A stretch of 64,000 bases of DNA from an uncultured Nitrospiraceae bacterium (GCA_963846575.1 CAWJWJ010000001.1:928001-992000), one strand, 5' to 3'; positions 29,887 to 39,172 are shown, numbered from the stretch's first letter. The notes: generated from the sequence alone by a model not told the origin. Translations and numbers: made by a program.

Positions 29887-31842
29887 TCACCTCGTTTGTG
29901 AGTGGGTTACCGTTTCACGTAGCGCTTGATTTGTTTCCGTGCGGAGAAGTGTGAGCAGAGCTTCGATCGGCATCGTACCGTGATTCGCACCGCTGCGGCC
30001 GCGGACTGCGACCATGCCGCTCTGCACTTCCTTCTCTCCGACTACCAGCATATAGGGAATCTTGTTCTTTTCAGCTTCGCGGATTTTAAATCCGATCTTC
30101 TCGTTTCGAATATCGGCCTCAACCCTGTACCCATGACTCTTGAGCTCCGAGACGATCCGCGCCGCAAATTCATGTTGCTTATCGGTAATTGTGAGGACCA
30201 CTGCTTGCACAGGTGCCAGCCACAGGGGAAATGCGCCGGCGTAATGTTCGATGAGAATGCCGAAAAACCGCTCGATCGACCCCATCAGCGCACGGTGAAT
30301 CATGATGGGTTGATGATACTTTCCGTCCTCTCCCGTGTATGCCAGTTTGAACCGCTCCGGATTGTTGAAGTCGACCTGGATTGTCGAGCATTGCCAAGAG
30401 CGGCCCAGGACGTCCTTGATCTTAATGTCGATCTTCGGGCCATAGAATACGCCTTCACCGGGATCGACTTGATAGGCGACGCCTCGTCCTTTGAGTGCTG
30501 CTTCCAACGCACTGGTGGCGAGGGTCCAATTCTCATCCGAACCCACCGATTTGTTCGGTCGAGTGGAGAGGTAGACCTCAAACTCTGTAAACCCGAATGT
30601 GCCGAGAATAAAAAAGGTGAAGTCGAGTACGCGGCTTACTTCGGCTTCAATTTGATCCGGGCGGCAGAACAGGTGGGCATCGTCTTGGGTAAATCCGCGG
30701 ACCCGAAGTAGCCCGTGGAGTACGCCGGTCCGTTCGTACCGGTACACGGTCCCCAATTCTCCATAGCGGATCGGCAAGTCGCGATAACTTCGCAAATGTG
30801 ACTTGTAGATCATGATATGGAAGGGGCAGTTCATCGGCTTGAGCTGATATTCACTGCCCTCCAACTGCATGGTGGCGAACATGTTTTCCCGGTAGTAGTC
30901 GACGTGGCCGCTGGTCTTCCAGAGATCGAGCCGGGCAACGTGCGGGGAGTAGACGAGCTCATAGCCGTCCTTGATATGTTGTTCGCGCCAGAAATTTTCG
31001 ATCAGCAACCGGATCAGCGAACCCTTTGGGTGCCAGAGGACCAACCCTGGACCGATTTCGTCCTGGGAGGAAATCAGGTCGAGCTCTTTGCCGAGTTTTC
31101 GGTGGTCCCGGCGTTTGATCTCTTCCAGTTTCTGCAGATGTGCATCCAGCTCTTTTTGAGTGGGGAATGAGGTGCCGTAAATTCGCTGCAACATCGGATT
31201 GCGTTCATCGCCACGCCAATAGGCTCCCCCCGTCGAGAGAAGCTTGAATGCCCCGACATGGCCGGTTGTGGGGAGGTGCGGTCCGCGGCAGAGATCAACA
31301 AACTCCCCCTGGCTGTAGAGTGAGATGGGCGAGTGGTCGTCGAATCCCTGGATCAATTCAACCTTGTACGCTTCGCCGCGATTCTGGAAAAACTTGATGG
31401 CGTCCGGCTTGGAGAGTTCAGTTCTGCTGACGAGCAGGCTGCGTTTCATAATTTCTTTGGCGCGTGCTTCGATCTTCTCCAGGTCCTCGGGAGTAAACGG
31501 GCGCTCGAATGCGAAGTCATAATAAAAGCCTTCATCGAGGGCGGGGCCGATCGTGAGTTGAGCGGTCGGGAACACTTCCTTCACGGCCTGCGCCATGATG
31601 TGAGTGCTGCTGTGACGATAGACATCTCGCCCTTCAGGTGATTCAAAGGTCAAGGGTTCGACAGTTGCGTCAGATTCCAAGGGACGCGACAGATCGACCG
31701 CCTCGCCGTTGACCTTGGCGGCAAGGACCTTGGGGTCAAGGCGACCTTTTGCCGGCGTCAGCGCCTCGCGGACGGTGCATCCTGCTGGGACCTGTATGCG
31801 AGTTCCGTCAGGAAGGGTAATGTGAATGAACTGTGAGGTCAC
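29887..31842 (-). CDS. thrS: Threonyl-tRNA synthetase
   Basis: TGS domain, HSSTHIMAQA, DLCRGPH, RDHRKLG, KPMNCP, RVRGFTQDDAH, IHRALMGS. Confidence 0.98.
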   Translation of the reverse strand: MTSQFIHITLPDGTRIQVPAGCTVREALTPAKGRLDPKVLAAKVNGEAVDLSRPLESDATVEPLTFESPEGRDVYRHSSTHIMAQAVKEVFPTAQLTIGPALDEGFYYDFAFERPFTPEDLEKIEARAKEIMKRSLLVSRTELSKPDAIKFFQNRGEAYKVELIQGFDDHSPISLYSQGEFVDLCRGPHLPTTGHVGAFKLLSTGGAYWRGDERNPMLQRIYGTSFPTQKELDAHLQKLEEIKRRDHRKLGKELDLISSQDEIGPGLVLWHPKGSLIRLLIENFWREQHIKDGYELVYSPHVARLDLWKTSGHVDYYRENMFATMQLEGSEYQLKPMNCPFHIMIYKSHLRSYRDLPIRYGELGTVYRYERTGVLHGLLRVRGFTQDDAHLFCRPDQIEAEVSRVLDFTFFILGTFGFTEFEVYLSTRPNKSVGSDENWTLATSALEAALKGRGVAYQVDPGEGVFYGPKIDIKIKDVLGRSWQCSTIQVDFNNPERFKLAYTGEDGKYHQPIMIHRALMGSIERFFGILIEHYAGAFPLWLAPVQAVVLTITDKQHEFAARIVSELKSHGYRVEADIRNEKIGFKIREAEKNKIPYMLVVGEKEVQSGMVAVRGRSGANHGTMPIEALLTLLRTETNQALRETVTHSQTR

Positions 31843-31934
31843 TCCGTCTATCCTACAAAAAAATACAACATCGCGCCGACTACCGTGCTACTCGCGGTAG
31901 TCAGATCACGAGTTAGTTCGATCGCGAACAAAAA

Positions 31935-32009
31935 TGGTAGGCGCGGACGGTCTTGAACCGTCGACCTCTACCGTGTCAAGGTAGCGCTCTCCCCCTGAGC
32001 TACGCGCCT
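31935..32009 (-). tRNA. tRNA-Val (GAC)
   Basis: AGGCGCGTAGCTCAGGGGGAGAGCGCTACCTTGACACGGTAGAGGTCGACGGTTCAAGACCGTCCGCGCCTACCA; anticodon arm CTACC-TTGACAC-GGTAG. Confidence 0.96.
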
Positions 32010-32020
32010 ATCGCCCGGCG

Positions 32021-32050
32021 ATGCTAATACAGCGTTGCCAGGGGTGTCAA
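32021..32050 (-). promoter_or_regulatory. Sigma-70-like promoter for tRNA-Val/thrS
   Basis: TTGACA-N18-TAGCAT about 11 nt upstream of the tRNA. Confidence 0.6.
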
Positions 32051-32144
32051 GGAAACGAGGTGGTGAGACAGGCTTTTCCTCAGGGTCAAGGAAGGAAAAG
32101 GCCGCCTTGAGCTCACCTTATTTCTTTAGTCGAAAGCCCGGGAG

Positions 32145-32417
32145 CTATTTGACGGCCGCCTTGAGTTCCTTGCCCGCCGAGAATTTCGGAATGCGGGCGG
32201 CAGGAATCTTCAAGGCTTCCCCGGTGCGGGGATTGCGCCCCATTCTGGCTTTCCGTTTGGAAATCGTGAATGTGCCAAAATTGACCAATGTCACGCGTTT
32301 GCCCTTTTTCAATGACGTGGTGACCGCGCCGGTGAAAGCCTCCAGGGCAACCGTCGCGGCAACCTTGGTGATTCCGGCACTATTTGCCATTTTCGCAATC
32401 AATTCTTCCTTGGTCAT
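32145..32417 (-). CDS. hup: DNA-binding protein HU
   Basis: MTKEELI, VTLVNFGTF, ARMGRNPRTG, PKFSAGKELKAAV. Confidence 0.95.
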   Translation of the reverse strand: MTKEELIAKMANSAGITKVAATVALEAFTGAVTTSLKKGKRVTLVNFGTFTISKRKARMGRNPRTGEALKIPAARIPKFSAGKELKAAVK

Positions 32418-32515
32418 TTGTTACCCTCCGTTGGTGGTTGGCGACCTATCGATGTGCGGGGCTTGCTGGCTGTCTGATCCCGGTGAGGTGCTGATGGGGG
32501 CCAATTGGACAGGGC

Positions 32516-33100
32516 CTAGTTGGCCCGCGCTCGTTTGAGCGGAATCCGCAGATCCAAAATCTTTTTCCTGAGCGTGTTCCGATTCAGGCCGAGAAGCTCT
32601 GCGGCTTGAATTTGATTTCCCTTGGTCTCCCGCAAGGTCAATAAGATCAAGGGTCGCTCGACTGCGGCGATCAGCATCGGATGAAGGTTTCTTCCTGATC
32701 CGTTCCGCATGCCTTTGACGAAATCACCGACCTTATGTTCCAGATAGGATTCCAGACACAACGTCTGCTCCGCTCCGTTGGGCGTCGCCGAGTCAAGTTT
32801 GGGCGGCTTGACGCCATGTAGAAGGGAGGCGGCTCGTTTTAGAGCTCCCCGAGACCCTACCAACACGAGGGTCTGGGCAGGATCAATTCCAGCGAACAGT
32901 TTTCCAATTTCTGAGGAAGAGTGCCCTTTGGATTCCACAATGATGGCATCGCAACCGCGTTTGGCAAAGTCCTTTGGCAACGACAGTCCATCCTGGCCGA
33001 GCGTGATGGCCTGCTCGCCGAAGAGGCCCTTATAGTGAGCCTGGACCTCGCTGTCCGCGCTAAGCAATAGAATATTAAATGTTGATGAACGAAGCGGCAT
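32516..33100 (-). CDS. Fis-type HTH protein with a degenerate receiver-like N-terminus
   Basis: C-terminal VERPLI..L..TKGNQIQAAELLGLNRNTLRKKI; no AAA+ domain. Confidence 0.85.
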   Translation of the reverse strand: MPLRSSTFNILLLSADSEVQAHYKGLFGEQAITLGQDGLSLPKDFAKRGCDAIIVESKGHSSSEIGKLFAGIDPAQTLVLVGSRGALKRAASLLHGVKPPKLDSATPNGAEQTLCLESYLEHKVGDFVKGMRNGSGRNLHPMLIAAVERPLILLTLRETKGNQIQAAELLGLNRNTLRKKILDLRIPLKRARAN

Positions 33101-33393
33101 GAAGGCACCGACGAAGAAGAGGGCGGGATTATTGCTCAGGCCCTAGGTGATGTCAATCAGGAAATTCCGCAGCGGGCGCAAAACCGCCTCTGTCGGGCAA
33201 TTCCGTCTCGCCAGGTCTCGGAGCGATATCGACTTCAGAAGTTCACCGGGCTCATCCCATGGCTCGCCTTTCAATAGAGAGTTCTCCCCGTTCTCGTCAT
33301 GAGTCATACAGTCCGGCTGATGCAAGTGCTCTTTTTTGAGGCCTCGACGCGGTGCAGAGGGATCGAAATCATCAAACGCCGGAAGGGCCGTCC

Positions 33394-33425
33394 TTGACAG
33401 CAACGGCTGGGGCACTGTATACAGT
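33394..33425 (+). promoter_or_regulatory. Sigma-70-like promoter with a palindrome over the -10 element, upstream of the Rrf2/cys cluster
   Basis: TTGACA (33394)-N18-TATACA; perfect palindrome ACTGTATACAGT at 33414-33425. Confidence 0.55.
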
Positions 33426-33454
33426 TTCATGAATCCGCATCGGAATACTCATAA

Positions 33455-33904
33455 ATGAAGGTTAGTCTCCGAGCTACTTACGGAATCATTGCTGCGGTTG
33501 ACCTTGCGTTACACCACGAGGAACAACCAGTCTGTGCCAAGTCGATTGCCAAGCGTCAATCAATTCCCTCTCGATTTCTCGAGCAGGTTCTGCACGCTAT
33601 GAAAAAGGCCGGCGTGGTCACGAGCCAGCGGGGAGCCCAGGGTGGATATGTGTTGAGCCGGAAACCCTCGGAGGTGTCCGTCGCGGACATTCTGGATGCT
33701 TTGGAGGGACCACTTTTGATAAACAATGGGGCCGGTTCCGTGAAGTCCGCTTCCCGAGGTGCCAAACAGGAGGCTCTGTTGGCGCATATCTGGGATCGGG
33801 TCAAACGTGCGGAGCTGAGTGTTTTGTCTGAGGTGACTGTTGAAGAACTGGCCAATCGTCAACGCGCACTCGAGGCACAACACACGTTGATGTACCACAT
33901 CTGA
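33455..33904 (+). CDS. cymR: Rrf2-family regulator, CymR-like
   Basis: FLEQVL, SQRGAQGGY, DILDALEGP; lacks the IscR Cys triad; ends LMYHI; heads a cys cluster. Confidence 0.8.
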   Translation: MKVSLRATYGIIAAVDLALHHEEQPVCAKSIAKRQSIPSRFLEQVLHAMKKAGVVTSQRGAQGGYVLSRKPSEVSVADILDALEGPLLINNGAGSVKSASRGAKQEALLAHIWDRVKRAELSVLSEVTVEELANRQRALEAQHTLMYHI

Positions 33905-33958
33905 TAACCACGATGATCATGTGCAGACAAATTACCCTCAACCGACGAGGTCCTCATC

Positions 33959-36436
33959 ATGAGTCCTAACAGCGTGGCTCTCCGTCCGGCTATCAAGACG
34001 GAGCCCATTCCAGCCCATATCGTTGAGGAAATCGAGACCTTTGAAGCGGAAGCGCAACGTGTCCTCGGCGGTGATCTCTCTAACGATATCTTCAAACCGT
34101 TCCGGTTGCAGTACGGCATTTACGGTCAGCGGCAGTCCGGTGTGCAGATGGTGCGGATTAAGATTCCCTTCGGAGGCTTGACCGGGAATCAGTTGCGCCA
34201 AGTGGCAGAGCTCGCCGACCAATTTGCCACCGGCGTGGGCCATGTCACCACGCGCCAAGATATTCAATTGCACTTTGTCGAACTCAAGCATGTGCCAGAC
34301 ATTATGCGGCTCCTGGCTTCCGTGGGCCTGACTACCCGCGAGGCCTGCGCCAACACGGTGCGGAACGTCACGGCCTGTCATCTTGCCGGAGTCTGCCAGG
34401 GGGAAGTCTTCGATGTGACGCCCTACGCCAAGACCGTGGCTCTGCATCTGTTGCGAAACCCGCTCAACCAGAGCCTTCCACGGAAGTTTAAGATCGCCCT
34501 TTCCGGATGCCGCCAGGATTGCGCCCTTACCCCGATTCACGACATCGGCCTCCTGGCTGCGAAACGTTCGGATGGGACGATCGGGTTTCGAATGGTGGCG
34601 GGCGGCGGACTGGGATCGACCCCGCGTATCGCTCAGGTATTGAGAGAATTCACCCCGATGGAGGAATTGCTGCCCACGATCGAAGCCGTGATCAAAGTCT
34701 TCGATACACTCGGGAACCGCAAGAATCGCAACAAGGCCCGCATGAAGTTCGTCATCGAGAAACTAGGATTCGAGGAATTCAAGCGACGCTGGGAAGCCGC
34801 CTATGCAGCCATGGGATATGCGGTGCCGACGCATGAGCCGATCACGCTGCTGGAATATGCTGATGAGCCGCCGTTGATCATGCCTGTAAAAGCCCCGGTT
34901 CGCGCTGACGGAAACGAGCAAGGCAATGGATCGGCCTCGCTCAACGGGGAGGCGTCGGCTTTTCATGCCTGGAAGCGGACGAATGTGGTGCAGCAACGAC
35001 AGCCGGGTTTCGTGACAGCGGCGATTAAACTCCCCATGGGTGACCTGACCGGAGAGCAGATGTGGGCAATCGCCGATCTTGCCGAACGCTATTCCAACGG
35101 AAACATCCGGACCACGATCAATCAGAACATGGTCATCCGGTGGATCCCTGAAGGACGACTGGAAGCATTCTATGATGAACTGGTCACGCATAGCCTGGGC
35201 GATCCCGGAGCCGAACTCGTGGAGGACATCATCGCCTGCCCTGGCACCGACACCTGCGGGTTGGGAATTACCTCTTCCAAGGGAATGGCGAGGGCATTGG
35301 CGGAAGTTTTTCCAGCCGGCCAGGTGCCGGAGGATCTCAGAGATGTGAGCGTGAAAATCAGTGGTTGCCATAATTCCTGTGCCCAGCATCATATCGCTAC
35401 GATTGGCTTGCACGGGGTGGGCAAGAGGCTGGGGGAGCACACTGCGCCGCATTATGAGTTGCACCTCGGTGGACATGTCGATGGCACGCCCAAAATCGGG
35501 CAGTTAACGGTAAAACTGCCGGCAAAAAATGTTCCGGCCGCCGTGCGTCATTTGGTGGATGTCTATCGCCGCGACCGGAACAACGGCGAGAGCCTCCAAA
35601 ACTTCATCGCCCGGGTCGGCAAGGCGGCCCTGAAAGATGAACTCATTCCCTATACGATCGTGCCGCCCTACGATCAGGACCAGACCTACTATTATGACTG
35701 GGAGGGTGAGGCGGAATTTGTGCTGGAAGATCTGGGGCCCGGCGAATGTGCCGGCGGCGCATTGGAAATGATCGACGATCGCATGTTGGAGGCCGATCAG
35801 GAACTCTACCAGGCGAAACTGCTCGTCGAAAAACATCAATATGCGCTGTCGGTCAATAAATCATATCGTGCCGTCTTGGCTGCGGCCAAGGCCTTGCTGG
35901 TAACCGAGGGCATCGATCCCGCGACGGATGCCGAGACATTTCAGGAGTTCGATCTGCGGCTCGCCACCAAAGGCATCGTGCCTGGGTCATATAAAAATCT
36001 CGGGGCGCAAGTTGGTGATCTTGGGTCCAAGGATGCGACAGCCGCGGCGGCCGCGGAGAAAATGACGTTCGCAAAGCAGTTCCTTGCGGTCTGCCGGGCG
36101 GCCACGGAACAATTGGGCAAGGATCTCAAGCTGGCGCAACCCAAGGAGGAGGCCGTGGCTCCCGCTCCGAAATCGTCTCCGGCCCCTGCCGCCGCAGCTC
36201 AGGCGCCCGTGTACGATCTGCGTGGGGTCGCCTGTCCGATGAACTACGTGAAGACGAAGCTGAAGCTGGAAATGATGGACAATGGTGACCAGCTCGAAGT
36301 GTGGCTGGATGCCGGAGAACCCATTCGGAATGTGCCGATGAGTTTGCGGAACGACGGACACAAGATCCTCAATGAGGGGCCACTGGAGCCTGAAGCCAAA
36401 CACTTTAAGATTCTTGTGGAAAAGGTAGAGGGGTAG
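33959..36436 (+). CDS. Ferredoxin-type siroheme sulfite reductase fused to HEPN and TusA/SirA domains
   Basis: FRLQYGIYGQRQ, HVTTRQDIQ, LPRKFK, ACPGTDTC and SGCHNSC ligands; HEPN-like KSYRAVLAAAKALL; TusA-type DLRGVACPMNYVK. Confidence 0.9.
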   Translation: MSPNSVALRPAIKTEPIPAHIVEEIETFEAEAQRVLGGDLSNDIFKPFRLQYGIYGQRQSGVQMVRIKIPFGGLTGNQLRQVAELADQFATGVGHVTTRQDIQLHFVELKHVPDIMRLLASVGLTTREACANTVRNVTACHLAGVCQGEVFDVTPYAKTVALHLLRNPLNQSLPRKFKIALSGCRQDCALTPIHDIGLLAAKRSDGTIGFRMVAGGGLGSTPRIAQVLREFTPMEELLPTIEAVIKVFDTLGNRKNRNKARMKFVIEKLGFEEFKRRWEAAYAAMGYAVPTHEPITLLEYADEPPLIMPVKAPVRADGNEQGNGSASLNGEASAFHAWKRTNVVQQRQPGFVTAAIKLPMGDLTGEQMWAIADLAERYSNGNIRTTINQNMVIRWIPEGRLEAFYDELVTHSLGDPGAELVEDIIACPGTDTCGLGITSSKGMARALAEVFPAGQVPEDLRDVSVKISGCHNSCAQHHIATIGLHGVGKRLGEHTAPHYELHLGGHVDGTPKIGQLTVKLPAKNVPAAVRHLVDVYRRDRNNGESLQNFIARVGKAALKDELIPYTIVPPYDQDQTYYYDWEGEAEFVLEDLGPGECAGGALEMIDDRMLEADQELYQAKLLVEKHQYALSVNKSYRAVLAAAKALLVTEGIDPATDAETFQEFDLRLATKGIVPGSYKNLGAQVGDLGSKDATAAAAAEKMTFAKQFLAVCRAATEQLGKDLKLAQPKEEAVAPAPKSSPAPAAAAQAPVYDLRGVACPMNYVKTKLKLEMMDNGDQLEVWLDAGEPIRNVPMSLRNDGHKILNEGPLEPEAKHFKILVEKVEG

Positions 36437-36439
36437 CAA

Positions 36440-37171
36440 TTGGTGGAAGCGACAGGTACGAACCAGTCTCCTGTGCGTCCGAGCGACACCGCGCTCAAGG
36501 CGATCAGCGATTCATTTGAATCGAAGCAGCCATGGGAGGTGCTGGAGTATGCGGTCAAGACCTATCCTCAGCGAATCATTCTAGCCTGCAGTTTTGGGGC
36601 GGAAGATGTGGCGCTGGTGGACATGCTGCATCGCATCGACCCTCACGCGCCGCTCTTTTATTTGGATACCGATTTCCTGTTTCCCGAAACGATCGACGTG
36701 CGCGACCGTATTGTCGCGCGTTACGGGTTGAAGCCGGCGCAGGTGATTCAAATGAAGTCGCTGCTGACACCGGATCAGCAGGCCGTCCAATACGGCGCCT
36801 CGCTGTGGGCGAGCAAGCCTGACCAGTGCTGCGAATTGAGGAAACTCGAGCCGCTCAACCGCATTCTGGCGAACTATTCCGCCTGGATCACCGGGATCAG
36901 GCGAGATCAGGCTCCGACGCGGGCCAATGCAGGTCTCATTGAATGGGATAAGAAATTCAACCTGATCAAAGTCAATCCGCTGGCCCGCTGGACCAGTGAA
37001 GAAGTCTGGATGTATCTCCAGCTTCACGAAGTGCCATATAACGCCTTGCATGACCGCAACTATCCCAGCATCGGCTGTACGCATTGCACAGCGCCCGTCC
37101 TTCCGGGGGACGATCCACGCTCGGGTCGGTGGAAAAACTTCGGCAAGACCGAGTGCGGACTGCACAAATAA
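36440..37171 (+). CDS. cysH: APS/PAPS reductase (4Fe-4S APS-reductase type)
   Basis: SFGAED, LDTD..FPET, CC pair (DQCCELRK), TGIRRDQ, YPSIGCTHCT, ECGLH. Confidence 0.93.
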   Translation: MVEATGTNQSPVRPSDTALKAISDSFESKQPWEVLEYAVKTYPQRIILACSFGAEDVALVDMLHRIDPHAPLFYLDTDFLFPETIDVRDRIVARYGLKPAQVIQMKSLLTPDQQAVQYGASLWASKPDQCCELRKLEPLNRILANYSAWITGIRRDQAPTRANAGLIEWDKKFNLIKVNPLARWTSEEVWMYLQLHEVPYNALHDRNYPSIGCTHCTAPVLPGDDPRSGRWKNFGKTECGLHK

Positions 37172-37213
37172 CATCATCGTCACCCTGACATCAGACAAGG
37201 TTATTACCGACAC

Positions 37214-38281
37214 ATGCAACATCTGCTCGCCAAAGTCGCCAAGGGTCAGAAAACATCCAAGGACCTCACATGGGAGGAGGCCAAACAGGCCATGCGCCTC
37301 ATGATCGAAGGGACGGCCACACCGGCTCAAGTCGGAGCGTTCCTGATCGCCATGCGCTTCAAATCTGAATCCGTCACGGAACTAGCCGCCTTCACCGCTA
37401 CCGCCCGGCAATACGTGGCTCCGGTACCGGTTCGCGCCGGACTCGGCGTGGTTGATGTTCCGGTCTACGGAGGGAAACGGGAAACGTTTCACGCTATTAT
37501 TCCGGCGGCAATTGTCGCGGCAGCTGCCGGAGCGGTGTTCTTGCTGCACGGGGTAGACGGTCCGGCGGATCGGCGAGGCATTTCGTCGGTGCTGAACCAG
37601 TTAGGGATCCCGGTCGATCTGACTGCCAAGGCAGTCGGGGGTCAGTTGGAGCAGAAAGGGTTCGCGTATTTGGACCTGGCGCTGTACCACCCGCCGGTCA
37701 GCCGCTTTCTGGAAATGCGGCAGGAATTGGGCGTGCGCAATGTGTTTCATCCGGTCGCCAGAATGCTTAATCCAGCGCGGGCGACCTCCCAGGTCATCGG
37801 CCTGTCGCATCCGCCGTACTTTGAAAAGACGATTGAGGCATTGCGTATGTTGAGTTGTCCACGAGCGCTGGTGATCCGTGGTGTCGAAGGCGATCCGGAG
37901 TTGTCGATCGGAAATGTGACGCGGCTCCTGGAGCTCAAGGAGGAACGCATAACTCCCTTTACCTTCCAGCCTAAGGACGCGGCTCTGACGATGGCCACGT
38001 TTCGCGAGATGGCCGGCTTTCCCTTGGAACAACGCGAGCGGGAAGCCGATCTGATCAAGCGCTTACTGTTCAACGAGATTCAGGGAGGGCAGCGGGACTG
38101 GGTGCTGCTGAATGCTGCCATGTTGCTGTATGCGTCCGGCAAGGGCTCCTCAATATCAGGCAACCTGGAATTGGCCCGCCGCGCACTGGAGTCCGGTCAG
38201 GCGAAAGCCAAGCTGGCTGATCTAGTGGCAGTCGCAGGCTCGAATGCGGGGTCCGCTCCAAAGGTCGGCCTCTCCGCGTAA
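37214..38281 (+). CDS. TrpD-like (YbiB/TrpD2, glycosyltransferase family 3) protein
   Basis: [13 protein letters not shown]...[28 protein letters not shown]; lacks the GTGGD PRPP-binding motif of true TrpD. Confidence 0.8.
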   Translation: MQHLLAKVAKGQKTSKDLTWEEAKQAMRLMIEGTATPAQVGAFLIAMRFKSESVTELAAFTATARQYVAPVPVRAGLGVVDVPVYGGKRETFHAIIPAAIVAAAAGAVFLLHGVDGPADRRGISSVLNQLGIPVDLTAKAVGGQLEQKGFAYLDLALYHPPVSRFLEMRQELGVRNVFHPVARMLNPARATSQVIGLSHPPYFEKTIEALRMLSCPRALVIRGVEGDPELSIGNVTRLLELKEERITPFTFQPKDAALTMATFREMAGFPLEQREREADLIKRLLFNEIQGGQRDWVLLNAAMLLYASGKGSSISGNLELARRALESGQAKAKLADLVAVAGSNAGSAPKVGLSA

Positions 38282-38297
38282 ACAAAAGAGTGTGAAC

Positions 38298-39096
38298 ATG
38301 AAACATTTGCGCCAACTCGAAGATCAAAGCGTCTACATCCTTCGCGAAGCCTACAAGCATTTCAATCACCTCGCCATGCTCTGGTCGATGGGGAAAGATT
38401 CCACGGTGCTCTTGTGGTTGGCGCGCAAGGCCTTCTTTGGACATGTGCCCTTCCCGTTGCTACATGTGGATACGAGTTACAAAATCCCTGCGATGATTGA
38501 ATATCGCGACCGGATTGCCCGTGAGTGGCGATTGAATCTGGTGGTTGGTCAGAACAAGGAGGCTCTGGCGGCGGGCATGAACCATACCCTGGGTCGGGAT
38601 GTCTGTTGCACGGCCTTGAAAACCACGGCGATGAAGAATCTGGTGGAGGAAAAGGGGTACACCGGCATTATCCTGGGGGTCCGCGCGGATGAGGATAGCA
38701 CCAGGGCCAAGGAGCGATACTTTTCTCCGCGCGATAAACACGGCGATTGGGATTTCCGCGATCAACCGCCCGAGTTGTGGGACCAGTTCAAAACGACGTT
38801 TCCGCCGGGCACGCATATCCGGATTCATCCGCTTCTCGATTGGACCGAGATTAATATCTGGGAGTACATCAAGCACGAAAACATTCCCTTCATGGATCTC
38901 TACCTCGACAGGGGCGACGGCACGCGCTATCGCAGCTTGGGTTGTGCGCCTTGTACCATGCCCATCACAATCAACCGCTAAAACCGTCGATGAGATTATT
39001 GTGGAACTTCGTGGGAGTCACGTGGCCGAGCGCGCAGGCCGGGCGCAGGATGCGGGACGAGGCATGGAGATGTTACGCAAGAAGGGCTACATGTGA
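38298..39096 (+). CDS. cysD: Sulfate adenylyltransferase subunit 2, frameshifted near 38967 as sequenced
   Basis: [46 protein letters not shown]; the C-terminus [28 protein letters not shown] is in the +1 frame. Confidence 0.88.
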
Positions 39097-39172
39097 GACA
39101 GAACGAATCGGTTTTCACTGGTGTTGAATCTACGAAGGCCGACGTTGGAAAAATCTAGGCTCCATTAAACGA

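Noticed and set aside
35770..36130. HEPN domain as a toxin or antiviral RNase
   Set aside because: No clear Rx4-6H motif and no MNT partner; it is fused inside a metabolic enzyme.
37214..38281. Calling this gene trpD
   Set aside because: Lacks the GTGGD PRPP-binding motif and any trp context.
38960..38981. Programmed ribosomal frameshift in cysD
   Set aside because: No recognised slippery sequence; similar +1 insertions elsewhere suggest sequencing error.
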